A stretch of 64,000 nt of DNA from Oligoflexales bacterium (GCA_045106415.1 JBGCEP010000006.1:1-64000); one strand, 5' to 3'. Shown: positions 18,388 through 28,310, counted from the stretch's first letter. Notes: a model not told the origin generated them from the sequence alone. Program-made: numbers and translations.

Positions 18388-19792
18388 TGATGAATTGAGT
18401 TTGTTTTGAAAGCTCACTTGAACAAGAAATCTCACCTTTGAAACCTTCTTCTATAATATCTTTGATAAGGCTGAGTCCTAGGCCTGTTCTCCCGCGCTTT
18501 GAACCGGTTGTAAACGTAGTTTTAAAAATTTTATCAATATTTTCAGCCGGAATACCGTTGCCGTTATCTATATAGTTCATATGAAGCATTTTTGATGTGA
18601 TGGTTATTCTGACCTGGATATTGCCATTTTCACGATCTTTAAAGCCATGATATACGGAGTTCATAATTAAATTTGTTAATATTTGTGTGATTTCTAAGGG
18701 ATAAGAGATAATTTCCTGAACTCCTATAATCTCGCTTTTGAGGCTAATGTGCTGTTCTTTCGGAAACTGCAAAGCAATTTCTTCAAACATTTCGTCAATA
18801 AATTCACGGATGCGTATGTTCTCTTTTTTATAGTCAGTGGATTGTAGATGTCTGAATTTTTCTGCAAATTTAGACGATTTATGTATGTTGTTCTTTATCA
18901 TTTTAATCGGCTTTGCCGTGTTGTTTAAAAATGATTCAAGGTCTGATTTTTTCAAACCTTTTTTAGTTTGAAGTTGAAGAGTATTGACTGCATTTTCTAA
19001 GTGACTTAAAGCTGAAGTGCAAATACCTAAAGGAGTATTAAATTCATGAGCAATTGCTGCGACACGAATAGAGCTGTCGTGTGATCTGAGTGTAATAATG
19101 TCCTCGTCTTGTGGGTGTAATGACTTGTGAGCGTTGTTTTTAAGCTTCTGCTTTAATCCACTAAAGCTATCATCTGTATCAAGGAAGCTTAAAATAATGG
19201 ATTGCACAGGTTTTCTTAAAGAAAGGATTTGAGTTGTTGCCTCTAATGATAATGTATTCTCAATGTAATGCTGTTGTTGGTAGCAGCATATGTTGAGAAG
19301 AATCTTACCTATAGCTGATAAATGCTGCTGCTGTGAGTACTGTGTATCTTTTTGTTGTAAGTCGGTGTTTTTGATTTCAAAGAGGAGAGGTGATTGATAG
19401 TCTAAGGTGATGAAAAAATCATGAATCATTAAAGGTCGATGAGATAATTTTTGTTCATGGAGACTGATGAGAATGTCTAACAATTTGATAGCGAAAGAAT
19501 GAACTTCCCCTTCATTAAGTGTGTTTCTATGACTTAACCATGTATTCAAAGTTGTCATGTTATTGAATTTTAAAACCAAGGATTCATCTGTTTCAAATGT
19601 TTCTAATGGGTATGCAACTCCAACTAAAGAGGGGTGCTGTTTGAAGAAAGTTAATTGTTTATGTATTTCAGAATGAGGAGCGTTTTTAGAAACTTTGAGT
19701 ATAAAGGTCTGATCTTTATGATCTGTGGCCCTGCATATAACATATGCCTGATCTTCGAAGAAACGTTTATGGATGTGCCAATTATGAAGCAT
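18365..19792 (-). CDS. Cytoplasmic histidine kinase with an N-terminal degenerate Ser/Thr-kinase-like domain
   Basis: H-box IAHEFNTPLG, N-box NLIMNSVYHG, DNGNGI, GTGLGL-like GRTGLGLS. N-terminal FILKV and LISLHEQKLSHRPL. Confidence 0.8.
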   Translation of the reverse strand: MLHNWHIHKRFFEDQAYVICRATDHKDQTFILKVSKNAPHSEIHKQLTFFKQHPSLVGVAYPLETFETDESLVLKFNNMTTLNTWLSHRNTLNEGEVHSFAIKLLDILISLHEQKLSHRPLMIHDFFITLDYQSPLLFEIKNTDLQQKDTQYSQQQHLSAIGKILLNICCYQQQHYIENTLSLEATTQILSLRKPVQSIILSFLDTDDSFSGLKQKLKNNAHKSLHPQDEDIITLRSHDSSIRVAAIAHEFNTPLGICTSALSHLENAVNTLQLQTKKGLKKSDLESFLNNTAKPIKMIKNNIHKSSKFAEKFRHLQSTDYKKENIRIREFIDEMFEEIALQFPKEQHISLKSEIIGVQEIISYPLEITQILTNLIMNSVYHGFKDRENGNIQVRITITSKMLHMNYIDNGNGIPAENIDKIFKTTFTTGSKRGRTGLGLSLIKDIIEEGFKGEISCSSELSKQTQFIIKLPHPV

Positions 19793-19981
19793 GTGTCCTA
19801 CGTATATAGAGAAAAAAAGACATCTATGATGTATTCGGATTGTTTTGTTGAAATATCAAAATAAAATATCTTGAAGTATGGAAAAATGAGAAAACAAATG
19901 GAAAAACAGCATGTTAAATATTGTTTTTCTTTAGTTTTAAGCTTGCTTGTCTAAAAAGAAGTGTGTGAAAGAGTCTTTTTT

Positions 19982-20995
19982 TTATTCGTTTTCCATATTT
20001 AAAGTTTGAAGTTTGCTTTCCCACTCGCAAGCAGAGCGAATCATAAGATTTAAGTTATTGTGTTGAGGTCTCCAGTCGAGAGTTTGTTGAATTTTTTTAG
20101 GAGACGCAATGAGCTGAGGAACATCTCCTACACGCTGCGCTCCTAGCTTTATTTTATTAGCGAATTCTGGGTAGATTTTTTGAATAGCATTTGTTACTTC
20201 ACGAACAGAGAGCCCGTGACCATAACCACAATTCATAGTAAGTGATGTATGTGTTGTTTTTTGAAGATGCTCTAACGCACTGATGTGAGCTGAAGCAAGA
20301 TCTTCAACGTGGATATAATCACGAATACATGTCCCGTCCAAGGTAGGGTAATCTGTACCGTAAATAGTGAGATAGGGACGTTTCCCAGCGACGACTTCTG
20401 CTGCAACTTTAATAAGATGAGTGCTTTTTGCTCCTCTTTGCCCAATTTTTCCGTCTAAGCTTGCTCCTGCAACGTTAAAATAACGAAGAGCAATAGAGTT
20501 CATGTCTTTTGCTTTTGCTATGTCTTGTAAAATCCATTCTCCCATAAGTTTTGACCTTCCATAGGGATGAATAGGGCACGTTTTGTGCTGTTCATCTAGA
20601 ATCTCAGAACTGGGGCCATACACTGCTGCACTTGATGAAAAAATAACATTTTTCACAGAGTTTTTTGAGCATGTCGTGAAAAATTTTTGTGTCTTACTTA
20701 CATTGTTTTCGTAATAGGATGCCGGTTCTTTTATGGAGTCAGGAACAACGATAGACCCAGCGAGGTGTATGACATCTGTAATAGACCATTTTTGAAGTGT
20801 CTCTTGGACGAGCTGAGAATCTCCAATATCACCGATGATCAGAGGTTCATTGTGAACTCTTTGGTCAGGGTGGCCAGAGCTTAAATTATCAAAAACTATA
20901 GGTGAAAAACCTCTTTCGGAGAGTTGTTTGACGATATGACTGCCAATATATCCACATCCGCCTATGATAAGGATAGGCTTGTTTTTTAAAGTCAT
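19982..20995 (-). CDS. galE: UDP-glucose 4-epimerase
   Basis: GGCGYIGSH, FSSSAAVYG, PYGRSK, LRYFNVAGA, DGTCIRDYIHVEDLA. Confidence 0.96.
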   Translation of the reverse strand: MTLKNKPILIIGGCGYIGSHIVKQLSERGFSPIVFDNLSSGHPDQRVHNEPLIIGDIGDSQLVQETLQKWSITDVIHLAGSIVVPDSIKEPASYYENNVSKTQKFFTTCSKNSVKNVIFSSSAAVYGPSSEILDEQHKTCPIHPYGRSKLMGEWILQDIAKAKDMNSIALRYFNVAGASLDGKIGQRGAKSTHLIKVAAEVVAGKRPYLTIYGTDYPTLDGTCIRDYIHVEDLASAHISALEHLQKTTHTSLTMNCGYGHGLSVREVTNAIQKIYPEFANKIKLGAQRVGDVPQLIASPKKIQQTLDWRPQHNNLNLMIRSACEWESKLQTLNMENE

Positions 20996-21064
20996 GTTTT
21001 TCCTTTCTCACATGATGTCTTTTTTATTTTCAAATGAACTTTAGGTCTTATGCTTTCATATCAT

Positions 21065-22540
21065 TCATGATGACTTGTTGCGAGAAAAGGTTTTTATAAA
21101 TCTTGTTGGGAAAATGAGCTGACAAAGAAAAAAAACTAGCCAAGACAAAGAAACCCCTCCACAGAGGGGAGCGTTTGGGGTATGAGAGTGAGGGTAAGGT
21201 GGAGGGGATTCTAGAGCTGCTTTTGCTTGAATTAACCCTTTTCCTAAGAGCCCTCTTTGTTTTTTATTTTTTATGAGTGTGAATTTTTCATTTTCTTTTA
21301 TTTGATAAAGAGATTGCTTTGAACTTGTCGTAATGATGTGTTTCAGCTCCTCTGCTTTTAAATGAGGCTGAACAGCGTAAATTAAACCTGCAACTCCTGC
21401 TACAATCGGGACTGCTTGAGATGTGCCTGTCATAGTTGTTGTACCATAACCAGGGATGGCGGATAGAATTCCTGAATGATGGTCTCCACCAGGGGCTGCA
21501 ATATCAACTGCTGTCCCATAGTTCGCGTATGAAGCGCGGTGAAGCTTGGAGTTGACAGCTGTGACGGTTAAGGCATTTGGATATCGAGAAGGGTATGACG
21601 TTCCTAGGCGATTGTCGTTTCCAGCAGCAGCAACAACAAGAGGCCCAGAACGTTGCTGCAAGTATTGCATCATTAGTCCAAGGGCTTTTGAATGTTTTGA
21701 ACGACCAAAAGAAGCGGTGACGACAGCAATAGGTTCTCCTTTTTCTTTTAAAGTGAGGATGTAGCGTAGAGCGCGAATAACTGAAGCGTCAGATATTGTT
21801 CCATGATGAACAACCTTAAGAACAAGAATGCGGCAATGAGAGCAAGAACCCGGTCTATTGTTTCGCGCATCACCTGTAATGATGCCAGCGATATGAGTTC
21901 CGTGCTGACATGAGCTATAAGGGCTCCCTAAAGGGCATTTTTGAGCATAGCCGTGAGTTCCCTCTGGCCAGACGTTTGGGGATCCTAAATACTCACGTGT
22001 GGGGCGAGAGGTATCACACCCATAGAGGTCATGACCGCAAAACTGTTCTCCAGGGTAAGGGTTAACCCAAATGTGATCACGAATCATAGGGTGCTCTATA
22101 TCGACTCCACTATCGATGACGGCAATAATGGGACTTATTTTAGGATGAAAACCCCTTAAGGCCTCTGGAAGGTGGATGATGTCCCACCATGGCATGTGGG
22201 GCGTGGAGGTGTGGGAGGTTTGAACTTGAAAAGGAGTGTCCCGTTCATATGAGGAAATTTTTTTATTTGCCAGCCATTCCTTGAGTTGCTTGAGGTTGTG
22301 TGGGCTGTTAGGAACTTGAACGATGGCTTGATCGTTATTGTTTTGTTTTAACACTGAAAGTAACGTCATTTTTTGATGATCAAGCTCAGAAGATAATGAC
22401 ACAAACCATTTGGTTTTTTCACTGTGTAGGGATCGAGAGCCGTATTTGTGAATACTTGTATGGTTTATAATAGCCAGCCAATTTGAGTACGCTGGAGCTA
22501 CCCATAATAAGAAAAAAATTTTTATCGTGGCATTAAGCAT
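21065..22540 (-). CDS. Exported subtilase (peptidase S8) with a C-terminal hydrophobic anchor
   Basis: VIDSG, HGTHIAG, AAGN, GTSQAVP; signal peptide; C-terminal CGG plus hydrophobic stretch and basic tail. Confidence 0.92.
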   Translation of the reverse strand: MLNATIKIFFLLWVAPAYSNWLAIINHTSIHKYGSRSLHSEKTKWFVSLSSELDHQKMTLLSVLKQNNNDQAIVQVPNSPHNLKQLKEWLANKKISSYERDTPFQVQTSHTSTPHMPWWDIIHLPEALRGFHPKISPIIAVIDSGVDIEHPMIRDHIWVNPYPGEQFCGHDLYGCDTSRPTREYLGSPNVWPEGTHGYAQKCPLGSPYSSCQHGTHIAGIITGDARNNRPGSCSHCRILVLKVVHHGTISDASVIRALRYILTLKEKGEPIAVVTASFGRSKHSKALGLMMQYLQQRSGPLVVAAAGNDNRLGTSYPSRYPNALTVTAVNSKLHRASYANYGTAVDIAAPGGDHHSGILSAIPGYGTTTMTGTSQAVPIVAGVAGLIYAVQPHLKAEELKHIITTSSKQSLYQIKENEKFTLIKNKKQRGLLGKGLIQAKAALESPPPYPHSHTPNAPLCGGVSLSWLVFFLCQLIFPTRFIKTFSRNKSS

Positions 22541-22556
22541 TCTTTTTTCTTTTTTA

Positions 22557-22584
22557 TCATCGTTTTATGACTAACAAAATTTTA
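22557..22584 (-). promoter_or_regulatory. Putative sigma28-type promoter
   Basis: Minus strand TAAAATTT-N12-AACGATGA, 16 nt upstream of the subtilase ATG. Confidence 0.4.
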
Positions 22585-22709
22585 TGATCTTGCGCAAGGC
22601 TGCGGAAGGATAGACGGCGGTTATTATGTGATGCGACAATGTCATCATAGCGAACAAAAGTCATCTGTGGTATCTAGTAACCTGGATGATCAAACACTTG
22701 GAATGATAA

Positions 22710-23930
22710 ATGATGTCTTCTGATAAGTCTTCGAGATTAAAAGGTTTTTACAAGAAACCCTGGGGTGAGAGAATGAAGGTTCTATCGCAGACGCTTGGTC
22801 TGAACCTTGAAGACAGACTTCCCCTACAACGAAGACATTTAACTCCAGAGTTGGCCGATGCATTTATTGAAAATGCCATTGGTGGATTTGAACTTCCTTT
22901 AGGTGTAGCGACAAACTTTACCATTAATGGTCGAGATGTTCTTGTGCCTATGGCTGTTGAAGAAAGCAGTGTTGTTGCAGCGGCAAGTCATGGAGCTTTA
23001 ATGGCACGTGCAGGGGGCGGTTTTCATGTGTCTTGTGATGATTCCATTATGATCGGTCAGGTGCAGCTTGAGCTGGTTAAAAATTCTAATTATGAAGCTA
23101 CTCTTATTCGAAAAAAACAAGCTGTTTTGGATATTGCAAACAGCTGTCATGAACGTTTGGTAGAAAGAGGTGGTGGTGCTTTAGATCTTAGTTGGAAATG
23201 GATTCCTGAGCTTGAAAGTCTTGTTGTTCATCTTCATATCAATACCTGTGATGCTATGGGTGCAAATATTGTCAACACAATGTGTGAGAAAGTTTCCCAT
23301 TATTTAGGAGACATTCTTCAAGCTTCGGTGGGTTTATGTATTTTAAGCAATCTAGCTGATCAGAGGCTTGCTATGGCAAAGTGTGTGATCCCTAAAGATT
23401 CCTTTCAAAAAATGGATGCTCATGAACGTAGTATTCCTGAGGCCGTTGTAGCGGCATCGCAATTCGCTGAATATGATATTTATAGAGCAACAACTCATAA
23501 TAAAGGGGTCATGAACGGCATCGACCCTGTCGTTATTGCCACCGGTAATGACTGGCGTGCAGTAGAAGCCGGGGCACATGCATATGCAGTTAAAGATGGG
23601 AGGTATAGACCTCTTGCAACATGGAGCTTAAATGAAAATGGAGATCTCTGTGGTGAATTGGAACTACCTCTAGCTTTAGGGACTGTAGGTGGTGTCACCC
23701 GCCTTCATCCGACAGCGCAAACAGCGTTAGAGATTCTTGGATTACCAGATTCAAAAACACTGGCCGGTATTATCTGTGCTGTTGGTTTAGCTCAAAATTT
23801 ATCAGCGCTACGAGCTTTGGCTACAGAAGGGATTCAGCAGGGCCATATGAACTTACATGGAAAAAACCTTATTCTTCAGCAAAAAAAGCATACGGAGCAG
23901 GTTTATGTTAGAAAAACAAATAGCAACTAA
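22710..23930 (+). CDS. mvaA: Hydroxymethylglutaryl-CoA reductase, class II
   Basis: IENAIG, PMAVEESSVVAAAS, DAMGAN, THNKG, GTVGG, EGIQQGHM. Confidence 0.96.
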   Translation: MMSSDKSSRLKGFYKKPWGERMKVLSQTLGLNLEDRLPLQRRHLTPELADAFIENAIGGFELPLGVATNFTINGRDVLVPMAVEESSVVAAASHGALMARAGGGFHVSCDDSIMIGQVQLELVKNSNYEATLIRKKQAVLDIANSCHERLVERGGGALDLSWKWIPELESLVVHLHINTCDAMGANIVNTMCEKVSHYLGDILQASVGLCILSNLADQRLAMAKCVIPKDSFQKMDAHERSIPEAVVAASQFAEYDIYRATTHNKGVMNGIDPVVIATGNDWRAVEAGAHAYAVKDGRYRPLATWSLNENGDLCGELELPLALGTVGGVTRLHPTAQTALEILGLPDSKTLAGIICAVGLAQNLSALRALATEGIQQGHMNLHGKNLILQQKKHTEQVYVRKTNSN

Positions 23931-24858
23931 GGTTCAGCAACCTGTGCGTTTTCCTTCTCAAGTTGAAGCATGTGGGAAAGTGATTTTAGTAGGTGAGCAT
24001 GCAGTGGTGTATGGGGCACGTGCCGTTGCAATACCTTTAAAAGAATTAACAGTCCAAATGAATGTTTGCCTAGAGGGACAAGGCATCGATATGACCATCT
24101 CAGGGCGGCGAGTTTCTAATGAGGTTGCAGGCGTTGTGGAAGATGCTTTCACAGTACTTGGTGAAAAATTGCAACCGTGTAAGATTCGTGGAAGCTCGTC
24201 TCTTCCCACAGGAGCAGGACTAGGGTCTTCAGCTTCTTTGTGTGTTGCTGTTCTTAGAGGAATTGCTATGGCTTTAGGCAAAGAGCTTAGCAATAGTGAT
24301 GTCGCTGTGATGGCAAATAAAATGGAAGAGCGTTTTCACGGGACCCCTTCAGGGCTTGATACTGCTGCTGTTGCCCATGAAAGTGCTTTGTGTTTTCAAA
24401 AAAAAGGTGCGATGACCCCCGCTTCGTGGAACGGTAAAACACCTTTACGGTTTGTTTTGATTGACAGTGGGGTTCGAGCGGCAACCTTTGCGATGGTTAA
24501 ACTTAGTGAGCCTTACTTTAAAGATGCAGTCTATGGTACGCAGCGAGTGAAAGCTTTTGATCGCTGTGCTGAAAGGGTTGTTGAGGGTTTAAAGCATGGT
24601 GATAGAACGAAGATTATCGAAGCCATGGAAGAAACTTCTTGTCGATTAAATGATTCTGGTGTTGTCACAGCGCATTTGATGGATATGATGAAAAGAGCAA
24701 GCGATTGTGGTGTTGATGCTATCAAGCCAACTGGTGCTGGTGGTGGTGGTTATTTGTTGGGGCTTCTGCCTGAAAAAACATGGCAAGAAGTACAAACATA
24801 TTTAGAAAACTGTTTCGGGGCAGGTTGTGTTCTTCAAACATGGCTTTCCCCACACTAA
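23905..24858 (+). CDS. mvk: Mevalonate kinase
   Basis: GKVILVGEHAVVYG, PTGAGLGSSAS, HGTPSGLD, KPTGAGGGG; GGAG SD before ATG 23905. Confidence 0.93.
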   Translation: MLEKQIATKVQQPVRFPSQVEACGKVILVGEHAVVYGARAVAIPLKELTVQMNVCLEGQGIDMTISGRRVSNEVAGVVEDAFTVLGEKLQPCKIRGSSSLPTGAGLGSSASLCVAVLRGIAMALGKELSNSDVAVMANKMEERFHGTPSGLDTAAVAHESALCFQKKGAMTPASWNGKTPLRFVLIDSGVRAATFAMVKLSEPYFKDAVYGTQRVKAFDRCAERVVEGLKHGDRTKIIEAMEETSCRLNDSGVVTAHLMDMMKRASDCGVDAIKPTGAGGGGYLLGLLPEKTWQEVQTYLENCFGAGCVLQTWLSPH

Positions 24859-24871
24859 TGGGGAGAGTTCC

Positions 24872-26626
24872 GTGACTTTTGATAATATCCAGCGAAAAGT
24901 ATTAAGTGGTGAGCGACTCTGTGTTGAGGAAGCTCTTTTTTTATATGATGATTTTGATTTTAATCGTATTTCTGCTTTAGCTGATGAAGTGAATCGTCGT
25001 AAAAATAAAGATGTAGTCTTTTATAATATCAATCGGCATATCAACCCCACAAATATTTGTGCTTTAACGTGTAGGTTTTGCGCATACTCGCGTCGCCCTG
25101 GTGAAGAGGGTGGATATGAATATTCTGTTGAAGAAATTGTAGATAGAGCTAAAGCAGCCTTAAAACAAGGAGCGACTGAAGTTCATATGGTGGGTGGGCT
25201 TCACCCAAGGTGGAAGCTTGAGCGTTATGTTGAGTTTTTACGTGCGGTGAAATCTGAGTGTCCAACACTACATATCAAGGCTTTTACAGCTGTTGAATTA
25301 GATTGGTTATCAAAGCGTTCAAGAAAACCTCTACCAGAACTGTTAGAGATTTTACGTGAAGCCGGTTTAGACTCGCTTCCAGGTGGTGGTGCAGAGATTT
25401 TTCATCCAGATGTTCGTGAAGAAATTTGCGCAAAGTTGACAGCGGAACAGTGGCTGGATATTCATCGCCATGCTCATCAGTCAGGTTTGCATTCAAACTG
25501 TACAATGCTATATGGGCATGTGGAAAGTCGTTTTCATCGTGTGGATCATATGAAGCGTTTAAGGGATCTGCAAGATGAAACTCATGGCTTTAATGCATTT
25601 ATACCGTTGTCTTTTCAGCCTCATAATAATGAAATGGGAATTCAAAGGTACACTCCGGGTCTTGAAGATTTGAAAACCATTGCCATCGCTCGTTTGTTTT
25701 TAGATAATTTCCAACACATCAAAGCTTATTGGATTATGCTTGGCCCTGAAATTGCTCAATTAGCACTTGGATTTGGAGCGAATGATCTAGATGGTACTGT
25801 GACTGAAGAGAAAATTTCTAGAATGGCAGGTGGTCGTGGTGGTATGGAAATGACACGGCTGGATTTAGAGGAAGAGGTTCTTGTGACAGGGCGTCACCCT
25901 GTCGAGCGAGACACACTCTATCATCCCCTGACAGATGTGAAAACGACTGATAAATCTTCTGCGGTTTCTTGGCTTTCTAGTGAAAATTCAAAAGTTCTTA
26001 CATATGTAAGAACTTTTGTTTCGAAGGGTTCTCGCAAAAAACCTGAGCATGAAGAGTATGATGTTGTTTATATAGACAACCCACCCGTTTTTGACGCTGA
26101 GTATTGGAGGAGCTTTTCTCAAGAGAAAGAGTTTGTTTTGAGAACTCAATGCGCAGAAGATATTTCGAAGTTTTCTGAAATCGGCCTTACTACTGTAGTG
26201 ACAGCTTTGGAAAAGAATAATTCTTGCGCAGATATAGCTGTCTACCATGATGTGCCTGTCGTTTTTGTAGTAACAGTGGACAGTCTTGGTTGTGTTGATG
26301 CACTTGTCCATCAGCTTATAGAAACACAAATCCCTTTTATTGGGATTGAATTAATAGCGGGAGACAAAATCTCTCCCTGGGCTTATATGGAGGCTTTATC
26401 AAAGATAGCTGCTCAAGTATCTGTTCCAGTGACGGTGAATAAAAAAGCAATGCCTGTGAGCCGTTCTTTGGCAGATAAAATTTTACCTGTGGCTATGTTT
26501 GCGGGAGCAGATGATTTTGGGTGGGTTGATGTCGATGAAAATTACACAGATGTTTTTCACGATCTTGAAAAAGAAGGGCGAGTTTTACAGCGCCGAACGG
26601 CTCGTTATTCTGAAATTGAAGAATAG
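24872..26626 (+). CDS. mqnE: Aminofutalosine synthase MqnE (radical SAM) with a C-terminal extension of about 230 aa
   Basis: NRHINPTNICALTCRFCAY (CxxxCxxC), HIKAFTAVE, PGGGAEIF, HIKAYWIM, FGANDLDGTVTEE; probable GTG start at 24872. Confidence 0.9.
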   Translation: MTFDNIQRKVLSGERLCVEEALFLYDDFDFNRISALADEVNRRKNKDVVFYNINRHINPTNICALTCRFCAYSRRPGEEGGYEYSVEEIVDRAKAALKQGATEVHMVGGLHPRWKLERYVEFLRAVKSECPTLHIKAFTAVELDWLSKRSRKPLPELLEILREAGLDSLPGGGAEIFHPDVREEICAKLTAEQWLDIHRHAHQSGLHSNCTMLYGHVESRFHRVDHMKRLRDLQDETHGFNAFIPLSFQPHNNEMGIQRYTPGLEDLKTIAIARLFLDNFQHIKAYWIMLGPEIAQLALGFGANDLDGTVTEEKISRMAGGRGGMEMTRLDLEEEVLVTGRHPVERDTLYHPLTDVKTTDKSSAVSWLSSENSKVLTYVRTFVSKGSRKKPEHEEYDVVYIDNPPVFDAEYWRSFSQEKEFVLRTQCAEDISKFSEIGLTTVVTALEKNNSCADIAVYHDVPVVFVVTVDSLGCVDALVHQLIETQIPFIGIELIAGDKISPWAYMEALSKIAAQVSVPVTVNKKAMPVSRSLADKILPVAMFAGADDFGWVDVDENYTDVFHDLEKEGRVLQRRTARYSEIEE

Positions 26627-26685
26627 GTGTTGCATTCATGAATAAGGGATGGTAGAAAATAACCGTTCGGACGTAGTCTGAATGT

Positions 26686-26988
26686 GCTTGCGTGGTGGAA
26701 TTGGTAGACACAGGAGACTTAGTTCCATATTGAGTGCGCTTGGGGAAACCCAGGATGTAGAACCTGTCAAATTCGGGGAAACCTTACAGTTCGCTGTTGG
26801 CAATCCCGAGCCAAGCTTTTCTTCGAAAGAAAAGAAGGTGTAGAGACTTGACGGCAGGGACCTAAAGCTTTTAGCTATGGTCAAGAGAAAGTCCAGACCA
26901 CAAACAGCAATGCTGGCAGTGAAAACTGTAGATGGTAAGAAAATCTCCCGACCTTCGGGTCGTGCCAGTTCAAGTCTGGCCGCGAGCA
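26686..26988 (+). tRNA. trnL: tRNA-Leu(UAA), intron-split: exon 1 26686-26720, exon 2 26940-26988; CCA not encoded
   Basis: Acceptor GCTTGCG/CGCGAGC plus discriminator A. D-arm TGGTGGAATTGGTAGACAC. Anticodon stem GGAGA/TCTCC with spliced loop CTT|AAAA. Long variable arm CGACC-TTCG-GGTCG. T-arm GCCAG-TTCAAGT-CTGGC. Confidence 0.95.
26721..26939 (+). ncRNA. Group I self-splicing intron (IC3-like, 219 nt, no ORF)
   Basis: P AAATTCGGGGAA, Q AATCCCGAGC, R GTAGAGACTTGACGG, S AAGAGAAAGTCC. P1 U-G pair at the 5' splice site, P3 CCTGTC/GGCAGG, terminal G26939. Confidence 0.94.
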
Positions 26989-27009
26989 CTCCCTCTCTTA
27001 AATCATAAC

Positions 27010-27037
27010 TCATGTTTTTTTATATAAAATCCGATAA
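27010..27037 (+). promoter_or_regulatory. Putative sigma28-type promoter
   Basis: TCATGTTT-N12-TCCGATAA upstream of the M28 peptidase. Confidence 0.55.
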
Positions 27038-27061
27038 GCATCCGAGATTACCTTTCTCGGA

Positions 27062-28240
27062 ATGCTGATGGTTGTTTTTGTTAAGTTTTTTACATTATTC
27101 TTTATCTTGCAGTGCAGCGGTGTTGATCTTTCTAGCGAGAGACCTTCCTCTGCTACAAAAGAGTCTTCTGTCGCTTGGGAGGTTCCAGAAAAGTCCCAGG
27201 GTACAGGTAAGATCCGTCAAAATGCTGAGTCTTTAGACAAAAAGAAAAAATTATCGAAGAAAAAAAAATCAAATAAAATTTCTGTTGTTAAAAAATTATC
27301 TAGCCAAAAGAAAAAATCATCAGAATTTGAGCAGGAAGAGAACCTTGAGCCTTTACCCCCAGCAGGGTCTCGACTAGAGATTCTAGAAGGAGTAAAGATG
27401 ATTCAATTGGTTGAAATTGACAGTAATTTTTTACGTACTAAGTTGGATGAGTTTACGGGAGAGTCTCCAGTCGATATTGGAGGGCAAACTATGAGTCTAG
27501 GTGCGCGTAATAATGAACAAGGAAAGCTTTTAGCTCGGCAGTATTTGAAAGGGCAGTTTGAGGAATTAGGGTTTCAAGTCAGAGAGCATGCATATGAAAG
27601 TGGTGTCAATTTTATAGCAGAAAAAAAAGGTCTTTATGAAAACCGTTTTTTATTATTAGGAGCTCATTATGATACTGTTGCTACGGTTGGTGCCGATGAT
27701 GATGCGTCTGGCGTGATTGCAAGCCTGGCAATTGCAGAGTCGATTCGAGAGAAAGATCTCCTATATGGTTTGAGGATTGTTCTTTTTGATGAAGAAGAAT
27801 TAGGGCTTTTGGGGTCGAGCGCATATGTTAAAAAATTGATGCTAGATCAAGAAGAAGACTCTTTGATCGGTTCTATTGTTTTAGAAATGCTGGGCTATGA
27901 TAGTGACGACAATGGAGCGTTTCACATTGTGGATTGTTTGCAAGACCCCAGTAATCCAACAGCAGGGTCGGCTATGTTAAGTGATTTTTTGATGAAGTCA
28001 GTTGTAACACAAGGAGGAATTTTACAAAGAACAGATGCTTGCACCGATCGGAGCGATCATACAGCCTTCTGGCAAGAAAATTTACCGGCTGTTGTGGTGT
28101 CTCAAGATTTTTTTGGTGGAGACAACAATCCGTGCTATCACGATGCATGTGACCAAACAGATCGTATTAATTTTAATTACTATGAAAATCTTACAATTAT
28201 GATTGGCTCTGCTGTTTCTGAACTGTTGTTGCAAGATTAA
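27062..28240 (+). CDS. Exported M28-family aminopeptidase (probable lipoprotein)
   Basis: GAHYDT, GADDDASG, EELGLLGS, LEMLG, SDHTAF, YHDACD; Lys/Ser-rich linker after the signal. Confidence 0.9.
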   Translation: MLMVVFVKFFTLFFILQCSGVDLSSERPSSATKESSVAWEVPEKSQGTGKIRQNAESLDKKKKLSKKKKSNKISVVKKLSSQKKKSSEFEQEENLEPLPPAGSRLEILEGVKMIQLVEIDSNFLRTKLDEFTGESPVDIGGQTMSLGARNNEQGKLLARQYLKGQFEELGFQVREHAYESGVNFIAEKKGLYENRFLLLGAHYDTVATVGADDDASGVIASLAIAESIREKDLLYGLRIVLFDEEELGLLGSSAYVKKLMLDQEEDSLIGSIVLEMLGYDSDDNGAFHIVDCLQDPSNPTAGSAMLSDFLMKSVVTQGGILQRTDACTDRSDHTAFWQENLPAVVVSQDFFGGDNNPCYHDACDQTDRINFNYYENLTIMIGSAVSELLLQD

Positions 28241-28310
28241 ACACTATTTAGCTGAATGATGATGAATGCTTTTACGTCAGAAGAAGTGACGTTAGATAGG
28301 GTATGCTGTT

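Noticed and set aside
26636..27013. 125-aa minus-strand ORF, possible intron-encoded homing endonuclease
   Set aside because: It is antisense to the tRNA and intron and has no LAGLIDADG, HNH or GIY-YIG motif.
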